The notes under the pieces are model-generated. The model did no database searches, was not told the origin of the DNA, and saw only the letters and a list, made by a program, of their open reading frames with translations. From NCBI GenBank assembly GCA_035528115.1, contig DATKZF010000003.1:150699-214698 (forward strand): DNA of 64,000 nucleotides. The letters run 5' to 3'. This DNA comes from Candidatus Bipolaricaulota bacterium. GTDB taxonomy: Bacteria > Patescibacteriota > Patescibacteriia > UBA11705 > DATKZF01. The position numbers and the translations under genes were made by a program. Below, one piece after another: positions 35,470-45,713 of this stretch. Each line of letters begins with the position of its first letter. Within the stretch, counting starts at the first letter, position 1.

Positions 35470-38400
35470 TTAAATCAATCCGATCAATGCCGAATATTTT
35501 TCATCGAATTCTTCGGATTTGGCGATTTTAAAATTCGTCCTGATCATCTTCTCCCCTATTTTCAAAACCACGATTTCCTCTCCCGGATATTCGAGAAAAA
35601 GCTTCTTAACCGCGGTCGCTTGCTCTTTGGTCGCTCCTTTGGGATAGGCCAAAACAACCTGAGGTATTTTATTGTTCGGGGAATTGTCCGTATCCTTTTT
35701 TTTGTAATACTTGCCTCTATCCGGCTCGGCGATCGGCTTGGTTTTCAGATTTTCCGCCAGCATCAATTTGTTTTGTTCATTGATTTCAAAGACTTGATTG
35801 ACCAGCACTTTGGGATCTCCGTCTTTTATCGAAAAACTTCCCTCAACCACCAAAATCTTTTCTTCCTGCCACAGGCTCATGGTCTCTTGATAAATCTTGG
35901 GAAAAACCAACAGCTCAACGCCGGTGATGGCGTCTTCAATTTTCACGAAAAGCATGGGATCGCCCTTTTTCGTCAAAATCTTTTTTATGCCGGTGACCAC
36001 GCCGGCCACTCTCACTTTTTGCCCTTCTTCTTTCAATTGCTTGGCCTCGATCAATTTGGTGATGACCGGCGCCAGTTCATTTTCAAACATTTTGAATGGA
36101 TGCTCGCTGACGTACAGACCCAAAAATTCACGCTCCCATGACAATATTTGTTCCTTGCTGGTTTTGGTGATCTCATCTCTCAGCCTCAGAGTCGGGCCGG
36201 CCGAGGAGAACAAGCTGACTTGGTTTGATTGACTGTCTTTTTCCGTCTCTTTCAAAAAGAAAAGCATTTTATCGATATTGTCATTCAAATAATTGCGATC
36301 GCCGAACCGATCCAGCGCGCCGCTCTTGATCAAGCCTTCAATCGATTTTTTATTCAATACTCTGTTTTCCAAACGAAGCAAAAAATCTTCCAATCGTTGA
36401 TATTGACCGTTGGCTTTTCTTTCCGCGATAATCGCTTTGGAAACATTGTCTCCCACATTGCGGATGGCCGACAAACCGAATCTTATTTTCGGAGACTCGG
36501 TGCTCAAGCTTTCTTTGACCACGGCGAACCTGCCGAAAGACTCATTGACGTCCGGCGGCAATATCTCAATGCCCAGCTGACTGCACTCATCGATTTCAAT
36601 GGCCACTCTTTCCATGTTGTCGAGATCGGAGGTTAAAAGCGACGCCATGAATTCAGCCGGATAATTGGCTTTCAAATAAGCGGTGCGGTATGAAATCATC
36701 GCGTAGCAAGCGGCGTGACTTTTATTGAAGCAATATTGAGCGAACGCTTCCCACGTCTTCCAGACCTCCTCGGCCGCTCTTTTATCGATTTTATTTTTTT
36801 GACAGCCAACAATGAATTCGTCTTTCATTTTCGCCATCAAATCCGCCTTTTTTTTGCCGATGGCTTTTCGCAAAGTATCGGCTTGGCCACCGGTAAAGCC
36901 GGCCATGTCTTTGGACAAAGCCATGACTTGCTCTTGATACACCGTGACGCCGTACGTTTCAGCCAAAGCTCTCTCCATGCTCGGATGAAGATAAGTTATT
37001 TTCTCTCCGCCGCTTTTTCTTTTAATGAAAGTATCGATAAATTGCATGGGACCGGGCCGGTACAAAGCGACCATGGCGATGATATCTTCGAATCGCTCTG
37101 GCGAGAGCTGTCTCAAATATCGCTTCATGCCGCCGGATTCGAATTGAAACACGCCCGTGGTTTTGCCTTCTTGAAACAACCGGTAGGTTTTTTCATCGTC
37201 CAGCGGAATTTCATCTTGCGGCAAACTTATTTTATGCACGGCTTCGATTATTTCAATGGCCTGCTCGATGATCGTCAAATTTTTCAAACCCAAAAAATCC
37301 ATTTTCAACAGCCCCAAGTCTTCGATCGGATGCAAAGAATATTGAGAAACAATGGCCTCATCCCCGCTGGTCGAATACTGGCACGGCACAAAATTATCCA
37401 GCGGCATGGGCGCGATCACCACGCCGCAAGCGTGAGTGGAGGCGTGTCTGGCCACGCCTTCCAGTTTTTTCGCGAAATCAAGCAGACGCTTGGCGTCCGA
37501 GTTCGAGGAGTACATATCACGCACTTCGGCCACGTTGTTTATGGCTTCATCAAGATCAATACTCATGGGAATCAATTTGGAAATCTGGTCGCAAAAAGAA
37601 TAAGGCAAATCAAGCACTCTGCCCACGTCCCTGACCGCGGCTCTGGCTGCCATGGTGCCGAAAGTGATGATTTGAGCCACGTGATCCTTGCCGTATTTTT
37701 CTTCCGTGTATTTCAAAACTTCGTCGCGACGTTTATCCGCGAAATCAGTATCAATATCAGGCATGGAGATTCTGTCCGGATTTAAAAATCGCTCGAACAA
37801 AAGATCATAAGCGATCGGATCAATATCCGTAATCTTGGTCAAATAAGCGACAATGCTGCCGGCCGCCGAGCCTCTGCCCGGCCCCACGGCAATGCCGCTT
37901 TTTTTCGCCCAATTGATAAAATCCTGCACGATCAAAAAATAAGCGGAAAATCCCATTTTTTCAATGGTCTCCAATTCAAAATCCAGCCGCGTCGAAATTT
38001 CCTTTTGTTCTTTTGTCTCCGCATTTTTAAGTTCAAAACCGTATCTTGCTTGAAAATTCTCTTCGCAAAGTTCCCGCAAATAGCCGGCGGCCGTTTTATC
38101 GGCCGGCAGGTCAAACGACGGCAAGAGCGTGCGGTTCAATTCAATTTCCAAATTGCACATCTCGACCACTTTGTTCGTATTTTCAATCACTTCGGGATTG
38201 CCGCGAAAAAAATCGGCCATTTGCGCGGTGGTGAAAAAAGAAAAATCTTCGCCCAGCATGCTCATTCTATTGGTATCCGCGATTTTCTTTTTTGTCTGCA
38301 AACAAATCAGAATGTCATGGGCTTCCGCGTCTTCGGTGTTCAAATAATGAATGTCATTGGTGGCCACGATCGGCACCTCGTGTTTTTTCCCCAATTCGAA

Positions 38401-38967
38401 TATCTTGGCGTTAACTTTTTTTTGGTCCGGAATATTGGGGTGATGCTGAACCTCGAGAAAATATCTGTCCCCGAAAAGCTCTTTGTATTTCAAAATAACT
38501 TCTTCCGCTTTTTTTTCGTCATTTCTCAAAATAGCTTCGGGCAATTCTCCTTGCAGGCAGGCTGATAAACACACAATGCCGTCCGCGTGTTTTTTCAAAA
38601 GCTCCCAGTCTATTCTGGGTTTGTAATAAAAACCTTCGAGATGCGCGATGGTGGTCAATTTGATCAAATTTCTGTAACCGATATCGTTTTGCGCCAGCAA
38701 AATAACGTGGTATCTTTTCGCGGCCAGTCCTTGAGATTTATCGGATAAAGACGTCGCGGCCAAATACGCTTCCACGCCAATGATCGGCTTAATGCCCTGG
38801 GCTTTGCATTTTTGATAAAACTCAATCACGCCGTACATGGAACCATGATCGGTCAGCGCCAAAGCTTCCATACCGTCCGCCTTGGCCTTGGCGACCAGGT
38901 CGTCGATTTTGGCCAAGCCGTCGAGCAGGCTGTAATGGCTGTGGACGTGGAGATGATTAAATTTCAT
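35470..38967 (-). CDS. dnaE: DNA polymerase III alpha subunit
   Basis: HLHVHSHYSLLDG (PHP), GPGRGSAAGS, FERFLNPDRISMPDIDTD, KMDFLGL, FNKSHAACY; start 38967 (ORF extension to 39000 is repeat-derived). Confidence 0.98.
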   Translation of the reverse strand: MKFNHLHVHSHYSLLDGLAKIDDLVAKAKADGMEALALTDHGSMYGVIEFYQKCKAQGIKPIIGVEAYLAATSLSDKSQGLAAKRYHVILLAQNDIGYRNLIKLTTIAHLEGFYYKPRIDWELLKKHADGIVCLSACLQGELPEAILRNDEKKAEEVILKYKELFGDRYFLEVQHHPNIPDQKKVNAKIFELGKKHEVPIVATNDIHYLNTEDAEAHDILICLQTKKKIADTNRMSMLGEDFSFFTTAQMADFFRGNPEVIENTNKVVEMCNLEIELNRTLLPSFDLPADKTAAGYLRELCEENFQARYGFELKNAETKEQKEISTRLDFELETIEKMGFSAYFLIVQDFINWAKKSGIAVGPGRGSAAGSIVAYLTKITDIDPIAYDLLFERFLNPDRISMPDIDTDFADKRRDEVLKYTEEKYGKDHVAQIITFGTMAARAAVRDVGRVLDLPYSFCDQISKLIPMSIDLDEAINNVAEVRDMYSSNSDAKRLLDFAKKLEGVARHASTHACGVVIAPMPLDNFVPCQYSTSGDEAIVSQYSLHPIEDLGLLKMDFLGLKNLTIIEQAIEIIEAVHKISLPQDEIPLDDEKTYRLFQEGKTTGVFQFESGGMKRYLRQLSPERFEDIIAMVALYRPGPMQFIDTFIKRKSGGEKITYLHPSMERALAETYGVTVYQEQVMALSKDMAGFTGGQADTLRKAIGKKKADLMAKMKDEFIVGCQKNKIDKRAAEEVWKTWEAFAQYCFNKSHAACYAMISYRTAYLKANYPAEFMASLLTSDLDNMERVAIEIDECSQLGIEILPPDVNESFGRFAVVKESLSTESPKIRFGLSAIRNVGDNVSKAIIAERKANGQYQRLEDFLLRLENRVLNKKSIEGLIKSGALDRFGDRNYLNDNIDKMLFFLKETEKDSQSNQVSLFSSAGPTLRLRDEITKTSKEQILSWEREFLGLYVSEHPFKMFENELAPVITKLIEAKQLKEEGQKVRVAGVVTGIKKILTKKGDPMLFVKIEDAITGVELLVFPKIYQETMSLWQEEKILVVEGSFSIKDGDPKVLVNQVFEINEQNKLMLAENLKTKPIAEPDRGKYYKKKDTDNSPNNKIPQVVLAYPKGATKEQATAVKKLFLEYPGEEIVVLKIGEKMIRTNFKIAKSEEFDEKYSALIGLI

Positions 38968-38979
38968 ACTTTTTGAATT

Positions 38980-39066
38980 TACGAGATTACAGATAAACAT
39001 ACAAGATTATACAGATTGGAGATTGGTTAATCTCGTATAATCTGTAAACAAATCTGTAATCTCGTA
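38980..39066. repeat. Inverted tacagat-type tract upstream of dnaE
   Basis: Perfect 15-bp IR tacgagattacagat (38980-38994) / atctgtaatctcgta (39052-39066) with internal copies. Confidence 0.8.
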
Positions 39067-39165
39067 TATTCAATGTCCCGTCCATTTTACCAAAGAATCC
39101 CGATAGACTCAAATTAAAAAAACCGGCGCAAAACCCGGCCGATTTTTTGAAAATTAAAATTCATT

Positions 39166-39678
39166 TTAAGCCACCTCGGAAATTTCCATCTCCGGCGCCA
39201 AGTTATAACTGGCCGCGCTGACCGGGCCGGGCTTGCCTTCGAGCTGAAGCAACGCGGTGGGCGTGATATTCCTCACTTCCATCACCTTTCCTTCGGGCCC
39301 GACCACCAAGGAACCGACTTTGATGCCGGATTGTTCAATGCGCCACCAACCATCGTAAACATCTCTTTCCCCGCGTCGCCTGACGCCAAAGCCTTGGAGC
39401 GGTTTGTAATCTTGCTCTCTCATCGCTTCTTGATATCTCAAATATGCTTCTTTTTTCTTCCAATTTTCCAAAGTTAATTTAGCCTGACTTTGCAAATTAA
39501 TGGCCGCGTCTTTGACCTGCTCTTTGATCTTTTCGATTCTATTATTGGTTTCCGCCAGCCAATCAGCCTTGACCTTTTCGGTGACCAATTCCAGATAACT
39601 TTCGGGCAATTCGGAAACGGTCAACTCATCAAAGTATCCCTCCAATGTTTTCGGTTGTTCAGCGCTGAATTTTTCCAT
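39166..39678 (-). CDS. Hypothetical protein
   Basis: 170-aa ORF directly after DUF4012 gene; possible KOW/SH3-like C-terminus (IKVGSLVVGPEGKVMEV). Confidence 0.7.
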   Translation of the reverse strand: MEKFSAEQPKTLEGYFDELTVSELPESYLELVTEKVKADWLAETNNRIEKIKEQVKDAAINLQSQAKLTLENWKKKEAYLRYQEAMREQDYKPLQGFGVRRRGERDVYDGWWRIEQSGIKVGSLVVGPEGKVMEVRNITPTALLQLEGKPGPVSAASYNLAPEMEISEVA

Positions 39679-39683
39679 AAATT

Positions 39684-41717
39684 TTATTTAAAACTAATAT
39701 TAAACATTTTATCGGTCAATAAATTCCCGGAAAATTGAAGATCATTGCCGCTCGCGACCATGCCTTCGGAATATGACATCGCGGATTTGGAAAAGTTCAA
39801 ATCAAGCTTCAACCCCGCCAAATCAAGTCCCGGCTGTTTTTGAACGACAAGATTATAAACGCCGCTATTTATTTGATTGCCAATCGTAGCCGGCAACTTA
39901 TAAGTGATTTCCAGAGTTCTGGTTTCCTTGGGTTCGACAATGAAAAAATGCCCAAAAACTTGTTTGCCCAGTTCCTCAAAAATATCAACATCTTTTGATT
40001 CGACCAAATTCCCGTTTTCTCGATAACTGATCAACTGACTGCCTTTGGGAACATAAACCCTGTTGTAAGTGCGGTAGCGCGTGGTTTTCCATGAAAATTC
40101 GCCGGAATTGGCATAAACCATTTTTAATTTGGCGGTCAAACCGTTTTCGGTTTCTTTAACTTCATATTCCAAATTTCTGGACATGACCAAATCCGTTTTC
40201 AAAGCGGCCAAATTAGCGTCAACCACGGCCAGATAATCACCGTCGCTTCGATTGACTTCCGCCGTCCAGCCGAGATCGGTCATCCGAGTTTGCAACGATT
40301 TGTTTTTCGAATAAATCATCAAATGCTTTTCTTTGAAATTTTCGCTGATAATGCCATATAAACGAGACCACTGATTTTGCGGCAAGGTGAACAGCCGGTG
40401 TTGCAACTCCTTGGCCAAATCGCCGATAATGTCTTTTCTGCCCTCCGTGCTTATGCCTTGATGCAAATAACCTTTTTCAACTTGATATTGCAATTGATCC
40501 GTAAAATTATCAGCTGTGAAAGTAAATTCTCCCACTTCAATCGGTCCGACCAGCGACAGCAAATCTTCAATGAATGTTTGCGTCATGCCGATAACCCCGT
40601 TAATATTTTTCTCCGTACCGTTTTCCAGATGATAAAACCACTCCACTTTTTCCGCGGATGTCGGAAAATCATGCCACCAATTGGAATCTCGCATAAACCA
40701 AAATTCCTGCGACAGAAAAAGACCTATCGGCGCCGGCGGTTTTATTTTTAAATATTCCTTGGAAGGATAATCCAAATTATAAATATTGTCCGTAAACACG
40801 CTGATCAGCTCCGCGTCTTTGACTTTGACAATGCCGTATGTCCCGATAAATCCTCCGCCAGGCCGCAATTCATCATTATTTTCCAACAGCAACAAATAAT
40901 TAGCTTGATCCGGATATCCGAGCAGCGGAGGCAAAACTTGTCCGTAAACGATGGCTTTTTGAGCCAGAGAGTCAAGCAATGGCAAATTATCGGAAATCGG
41001 CTGAGCCGCCTTGACGAGCAAAGGAAAAAGCGGCCTGGATTGAAATTCGTTCAGCTTTTGAGTGGATTGCGCCAAGTTGTCGCTGATTTTTTCGAGCTCC
41101 GGCCCGGCATTGACCAAGGTCATCAAAATCTCTCTTTTCTTTTCCGAAGATAAATTTTGCAGCGAAACATCGGTGGCTCCGGTGACATCAATGAATTTTT
41201 CGCCGAGCTTATTGATGTCTATCAGGGAATCGGAAATTTGTTCGCCTATTATCAACAAATCATTGACGCCCAAAAACTGTTGATTAACATATCCAATCTT
41301 GGTGTAAAAGCTGGTTAACATCGGCTCGATTTCCTGCCTGGCCGAAGAAAACCTTGATTTCGCTTCATTGAGCGGCTGCTCGGCCTCGTTGAACTTTTGA
41401 TTCAATAAATAATTTTGAGCCAATTTCAAATTTTCCACGGCCGCGTGAGTATCCAAATAAACCGCTTTGATAACGCTCAAATACGGCAAAAACAAAAGTC
41501 CGATCGCCACCAAGGCGATTATGACTCCGGCCAAAGAAACGATCAGCGCCGTGGGCAAGACCCTAAAAACGGCGACAAAAAACTTGCCGATTCTGCCCGG
41601 AGTTTTCGAAACTTTTGGCTCCGGCATTTTCAGATGAACGGTCCGGGTTTCGAGCTTTTCCGTCTCAATGTCTTGCTTCGGATTGTCATCCGCGTAATTT
41701 TTGAAATGTTCGAGCAT
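39684..41717 (-). CDS. DUF4012 domain membrane protein
   Basis: YLLLLENNDELRPGGGFIGTYG, RDSNW..DFPTSA, VVDANLAALKTD, VQKQPG. Confidence 0.88.
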   Translation of the reverse strand: MLEHFKNYADDNPKQDIETEKLETRTVHLKMPEPKVSKTPGRIGKFFVAVFRVLPTALIVSLAGVIIALVAIGLLFLPYLSVIKAVYLDTHAAVENLKLAQNYLLNQKFNEAEQPLNEAKSRFSSARQEIEPMLTSFYTKIGYVNQQFLGVNDLLIIGEQISDSLIDINKLGEKFIDVTGATDVSLQNLSSEKKREILMTLVNAGPELEKISDNLAQSTQKLNEFQSRPLFPLLVKAAQPISDNLPLLDSLAQKAIVYGQVLPPLLGYPDQANYLLLLENNDELRPGGGFIGTYGIVKVKDAELISVFTDNIYNLDYPSKEYLKIKPPAPIGLFLSQEFWFMRDSNWWHDFPTSAEKVEWFYHLENGTEKNINGVIGMTQTFIEDLLSLVGPIEVGEFTFTADNFTDQLQYQVEKGYLHQGISTEGRKDIIGDLAKELQHRLFTLPQNQWSRLYGIISENFKEKHLMIYSKNKSLQTRMTDLGWTAEVNRSDGDYLAVVDANLAALKTDLVMSRNLEYEVKETENGLTAKLKMVYANSGEFSWKTTRYRTYNRVYVPKGSQLISYRENGNLVESKDVDIFEELGKQVFGHFFIVEPKETRTLEITYKLPATIGNQINSGVYNLVVQKQPGLDLAGLKLDLNFSKSAMSYSEGMVASGNDLQFSGNLLTDKMFNISFK

Positions 41718-41729
41718 TTATTTTTGTTT

Positions 41730-41770
41730 TATGCTTCATGATTCATTTTTCATGATACGTGATCCATAAC
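41730..41770. repeat. catga-type heptamer tract
   Basis: atgcttcatgattcatttttcatgatacgtgatccat. Confidence 0.6.
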
Positions 41771-42598
41771 CTACATCTTAATATCCTTCTTCAGCTCATT
41801 CAAATTCCCTTTTCTAAATTTCCACATGTATTTTAACCAACTCTTGATATGTTCTCTCGTCAATTTATTGGTAAAAACCTGATGCCATTTGCCGTCGTTT
41901 GATTCGCGACGGTGCAAATGAATCACTTTGCTTTCCGGATAATAAATCACCTTTTTGCCGGCCAAATTAATTTTTCGGCAAAGATCCATGTCTTCGACAT
42001 ACATGAAATATTTTTCATCGAAACAGCCGATTTGCTCCAGCAAGTCTTTACGCATAATAAAACAAGATCCCTGCACCCAATCGACTTCCCTGATGGAATT
42101 ATGATCCCAATCGTCCATTAAAAATTTTTTCAGATGCTTTTTGCCAAACGGCAACTTGCTCAAGAAAGTCCGTCGAAAAAGCGGCGTGGACCATTTGTGA
42201 AATTTATAGCAGGTGTGCTGAAGCGATCCGTTAGGATTGCACAATTTCGGCGCCACCAGTCCGACACCTTCGCCTTCTTTCTCCTTGATATAATTATACA
42301 ATTTTTCAATGGAATTGTCTTCAACGAAGATATCGGGGTTCATGATAATAATGTATTTGCCGAACGCCGCCTTGATGCCCGCATTGTTGCCCGCGGCAAA
42401 ACCCGAATTTTTGCCCGTTTGAATAAATCGAACTTGCGGATATTCTTCTTCGATCATGTCTTCAATGCCATCGCCGGAATCATTATCCACCACAATCACC
42501 TCGGTCTGTTCGGGCAAATTGCTGGCCAGTAAATCTTTCAAGGCGAAGCGCACCAAATTTTTGCTTTTGTAGGTTAGGATAATTATCGATAAATTCAT
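41771..42598 (-). CDS. GT2 glycosyltransferase (WbbL-like rhamnosyltransferase family)
   Basis: VVDNDSGD, NSGFAAGNN, MNPD, VDWVQGSC, FDEKYFMYVED.DLC. Confidence 0.92.
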   Translation of the reverse strand: MNLSIIILTYKSKNLVRFALKDLLASNLPEQTEVIVVDNDSGDGIEDMIEEEYPQVRFIQTGKNSGFAAGNNAGIKAAFGKYIIIMNPDIFVEDNSIEKLYNYIKEKEGEGVGLVAPKLCNPNGSLQHTCYKFHKWSTPLFRRTFLSKLPFGKKHLKKFLMDDWDHNSIREVDWVQGSCFIMRKDLLEQIGCFDEKYFMYVEDMDLCRKINLAGKKVIYYPESKVIHLHRRESNDGKWHQVFTNKLTREHIKSWLKYMWKFRKGNLNELKKDIKM

Positions 42599-42650
42599 AT
42601 ATTGCAGGTCAGTGAGTCGATGGGACGATAGGCGAGTAGTTTATTAGTCC

Positions 42651-44531
42651 CTATTTGCCTCCAATACTACAATCAAAAAAGACAATTTGGTCTTCTTCTC
42701 CCCTTCTTGAGATAACTGCAGCTCCTGCCCAAAGAAGGGAAAGCTTGATTATATTATTATTCCGTACTTTATCAGAAAATGTTTTTGTACTTCTTGCATA
42801 CAAAATTAAAAATTCTTTTGCTAACTCAGAGAGATTCTCATTTCCACTTATCCATTTCTTAATAAAATTATCAATATTTTCTTGTTCATCCTCGGAAAAA
42901 GAATTTATTTCTTTAACCTCTTCCGGTTGCTCACCTCGCATTTTTTCTTTAAATACTAATTTCTTACCTAACTTGACCTTAAAATAAAATTTTCTTCCCA
43001 ACTTATCAATTACATCCTCATTGCTAATTACTGAACCGATATCCCAATGCTTTTCAATCTCCGCGCTTTCCTCGCTAACATATTCAACTTTAGCTCCCAT
43101 TCCCATACGGTCAAACCCTCCGGCACTATCCTCTATAACTAGATAAGGCAATTTATTTGGCGCTTCCATTTTTACTTGTATCCTAAATCTTTCTAAATCA
43201 ATGGGATCGATTTTATATTGATCGAGCAAGGTATGCTTTTGGATAATACGCTTCATTATTAGTTGCTCTTTTATGCGTAACAACTGAATTTTCTCCCGAA
43301 TTTCCGTTAACTTCTTATCACATTGTTCTTTTGTAACGTCTTTATCATTTTGAATAGATAATTCCTCCTCTCGCAATTGATTGCGAGGCATAGTAACTTC
43401 ATTTTCAATTACTTCGGATATTTTATAATTGTCATCTAGGGCAATATTGTAATATTTATCTCCAACTCTAACTAATAAATCAGGGAAAACTGAACCTGAA
43501 ATCCGTCCCTTTCTCCTCATATGAATTACCACCGCATACAGCATAAGATCAGAAACAGAATCTCCAATTTTAATTTTTCTACCCTCTTCTCTTACTTTTT
43601 CTATTGGAACAACAATTTGTCCCTGTGGGTATTTTTCTGATACAGGAACTTGTATAACATTATAAAGCCCTCTTGGAGTTATCAATGTACCATCAAAGCT
43701 ACCTATACCCATTCTTCCGATCATTGATTTTTCTCCTAAAATAGTTTTACCTATGCCTTTTCTTTGTATATCGCCTTTACCGACTTTTCTTACCCACTCT
43801 CCTGTGACATCCTCGACCCCTAATACTCTTTGCTCTGACAGGCCATACACGCTTACCCTAGCCATGCCACCAACTGATTCCAAAAATTTTAACCATTCAA
43901 TATCTTTTGTTTCCCTAGATGTAATATGTGGAGTAATTCCTGTATATTCTTTCGCCAGTTGGTGAATATCCTCATATGTCATGTCTTGCAAACCTTCTTG
44001 CGTTGAATAATCCGAAGGTTCTGACGCCCAGTATAACAAAGGAAAATCAAAACGTCTCTCTTTGAATAAATCTCCATATTTCTGAAATAAATTTGCTATT
44101 TGCGAATAAGGAATATGCTCTCTGACACCGGGTACTGCATCAAAACCGCAAAAAGCGCAGCTCTTTGAACAACCAAATGTTAATTGAATTGCTCCAACAT
44201 TTTTCATTATTAATTCCAGCTCTTCAGGTAAAAATTTCTTTTCCAATTCGAGCGGTAAAGAATCGCTTTCTCCCGGATACATCTTTTTCTTTTTCTCAAC
44301 AACCTGATCAACTAATTTGCGATGATCTTTTTCCAGCCATTTTTCCCAATAGCTTAACTGTGCAATTAAAGCATCATCTTCAATTGCTTTTTCCAGAAAT
44401 GATTGCAGCTCTCCTCTTTCTTCAAGCTCAGTGAAATAATCAACCAGCTCTTTTGGCGACATTTCCAAAACCTGCTCTCGTGTTTTTTCCTTTTTCGGTT
44501 TTTCAATTGTTATCTTTGGAATCTCCGGCAT
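42651..44531 (-). CDS. AT-rich protein with radical-SAM-like CxxxCxxC motif
   Basis: QLTFGCSKSCAFCGFD; downstream LLYWASEP resembling GGEP; rest unrecognised. Confidence 0.6.
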   Translation of the reverse strand: MPEIPKITIEKPKKEKTREQVLEMSPKELVDYFTELEERGELQSFLEKAIEDDALIAQLSYWEKWLEKDHRKLVDQVVEKKKKMYPGESDSLPLELEKKFLPEELELIMKNVGAIQLTFGCSKSCAFCGFDAVPGVREHIPYSQIANLFQKYGDLFKERRFDFPLLYWASEPSDYSTQEGLQDMTYEDIHQLAKEYTGITPHITSRETKDIEWLKFLESVGGMARVSVYGLSEQRVLGVEDVTGEWVRKVGKGDIQRKGIGKTILGEKSMIGRMGIGSFDGTLITPRGLYNVIQVPVSEKYPQGQIVVPIEKVREEGRKIKIGDSVSDLMLYAVVIHMRRKGRISGSVFPDLLVRVGDKYYNIALDDNYKISEVIENEVTMPRNQLREEELSIQNDKDVTKEQCDKKLTEIREKIQLLRIKEQLIMKRIIQKHTLLDQYKIDPIDLERFRIQVKMEAPNKLPYLVIEDSAGGFDRMGMGAKVEYVSEESAEIEKHWDIGSVISNEDVIDKLGRKFYFKVKLGKKLVFKEKMRGEQPEEVKEINSFSEDEQENIDNFIKKWISGNENLSELAKEFLILYARSTKTFSDKVRNNNIIKLSLLWAGAAVISRRGEEDQIVFFDCSIGGK

Positions 44532-44652
44532 ATTTTTTTCTTACTTTTTCCATTTTCTTTTTATAATCATCAAGATCATCAAGCTCTTTTTTAAGCTCAA
44601 TTCTCTGTTTTACTAACTTCCGAATATTTTTTACTCTCTTTTTCTTATCCAT
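44503..44652 (-). CDS. Possible 49-aa charged small protein
   Basis: Manual translation MDKKKRVKNIRKLVKQRIELKKELDDLDDYKKKMEKVRKKYAGDSKDNN; overlaps start of 42651..44531; below ORF-track cutoff. Confidence 0.35.
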   Translation of the reverse strand: MDKKKRVKNIRKLVKQRIELKKELDDLDDYKKKMEKVRKKYAGDSKDNN

Positions 44653-44697
44653 ATTTATATTTGTAATATTTGTATACGATTTGTAAATTTGTAACCT

Positions 44698-45675
44698 TTA
44701 AACAAACCATTTTTCAATCTCCTTAGCATCATCCGTTTTCCTCTCCATAATCAGCTTTCTTTTTTCCAAAAACTTTTTTCTGTTTTTCATCGCTTCGGAA
44801 AATGCTTTCAAAGACGACTGTTCCGCGAATAAAATATATAAGAATTTTTGCAATTCGTAAAAAAATATCGACAAACCGAGCTTGGGAGCGTTCTTTAGCA
44901 AAACATACAAATGATTTCGGTATGAATAAAAAGTGCCGAAGCGCGATTTTGATTTTCTCGCCTTCATGATCAGCCTTCTGTTCATTTTTCCGGCCGGTCC
45001 CGAGACCGAACGATCATGATAACCGACGGCGGACGGCACTCTCCAGGCCTGCCAGCCTCGCCAGCGCAGACGATAAGCCAGATCAACGTCTTCTTTATAG
45101 CTGAAAAAATCTTCATCGAAATACTGACCGTTTTCCACCGCGTCATTGAGCGCTTCCCTTCGGAAAACCGGGGCCGCGCCGGACGCGCCGAAAACTTCTT
45201 TGACGCCGTCATACTGCCCCTGATCGACTTCGCCGCTGCCCAAATCCACCACTCGATGATTTTTATATATTTTCAAACCGAGCGTGTCAATATAATTGGT
45301 TTTTTGATTGTTTTGCCAGCGCAAAAGCTTGCCGCTCGCGGCGGCGGCTCGAGGATTTTTATCCATGAGAGCGACTATATTTTCCAAAAAGTCGGGTTCT
45401 AAAATGATATCTTGATTTAACACCAAAACATAATCGCTTTTTGACCAATGAATCGCCTGATTGTGCGCCTTGGCAAAGCCTTGATTTTCTTTGTGCCGCA
45501 CGATTTTTAAATGCGGAAATTTTTCACCGATCAATTCAAGCGTGTCATCAGTGGAGCCGTTGTCGATAATCAACAAACTAAAATCTTTAAAAGTTTGTTC
45601 AAAAACCGACTTCAAACAAGCTTGAATGTATTTGGCTCCGTTCCAGGTGACTAAATTTATGGAAACTTTTGACAT
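44698..45675 (-). CDS. GT2 glycosyltransferase
   Basis: VSINLVTWN, IDNGSTD, GFAKAHN, LNQD, FDEDFFSYKEDVDL; start 45675 (ORF extension runs through repeat tract). Confidence 0.92.
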   Translation of the reverse strand: MSKVSINLVTWNGAKYIQACLKSVFEQTFKDFSLLIIDNGSTDDTLELIGEKFPHLKIVRHKENQGFAKAHNQAIHWSKSDYVLVLNQDIILEPDFLENIVALMDKNPRAAAASGKLLRWQNNQKTNYIDTLGLKIYKNHRVVDLGSGEVDQGQYDGVKEVFGASGAAPVFRREALNDAVENGQYFDEDFFSYKEDVDLAYRLRWRGWQAWRVPSAVGYHDRSVSGPAGKMNRRLIMKARKSKSRFGTFYSYRNHLYVLLKNAPKLGLSIFFYELQKFLYILFAEQSSLKAFSEAMKNRKKFLEKRKLIMERKTDDAKEIEKWFV

Positions 45676-45713
45676 ATTTTCATGTATCATGGATCTTGAA
45701 TCATGGATCAAAT

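Noticed and set aside
36715-37785. 356-aa plus-strand ORF
   Set aside because: Shadow frame antisense to dnaE with no protein-like features; same for 18383..19084 and 50387..51292.
35470-38967. Intein or intron in dnaE
   Set aside because: Length and motif order are normal; no splicing motifs seen.
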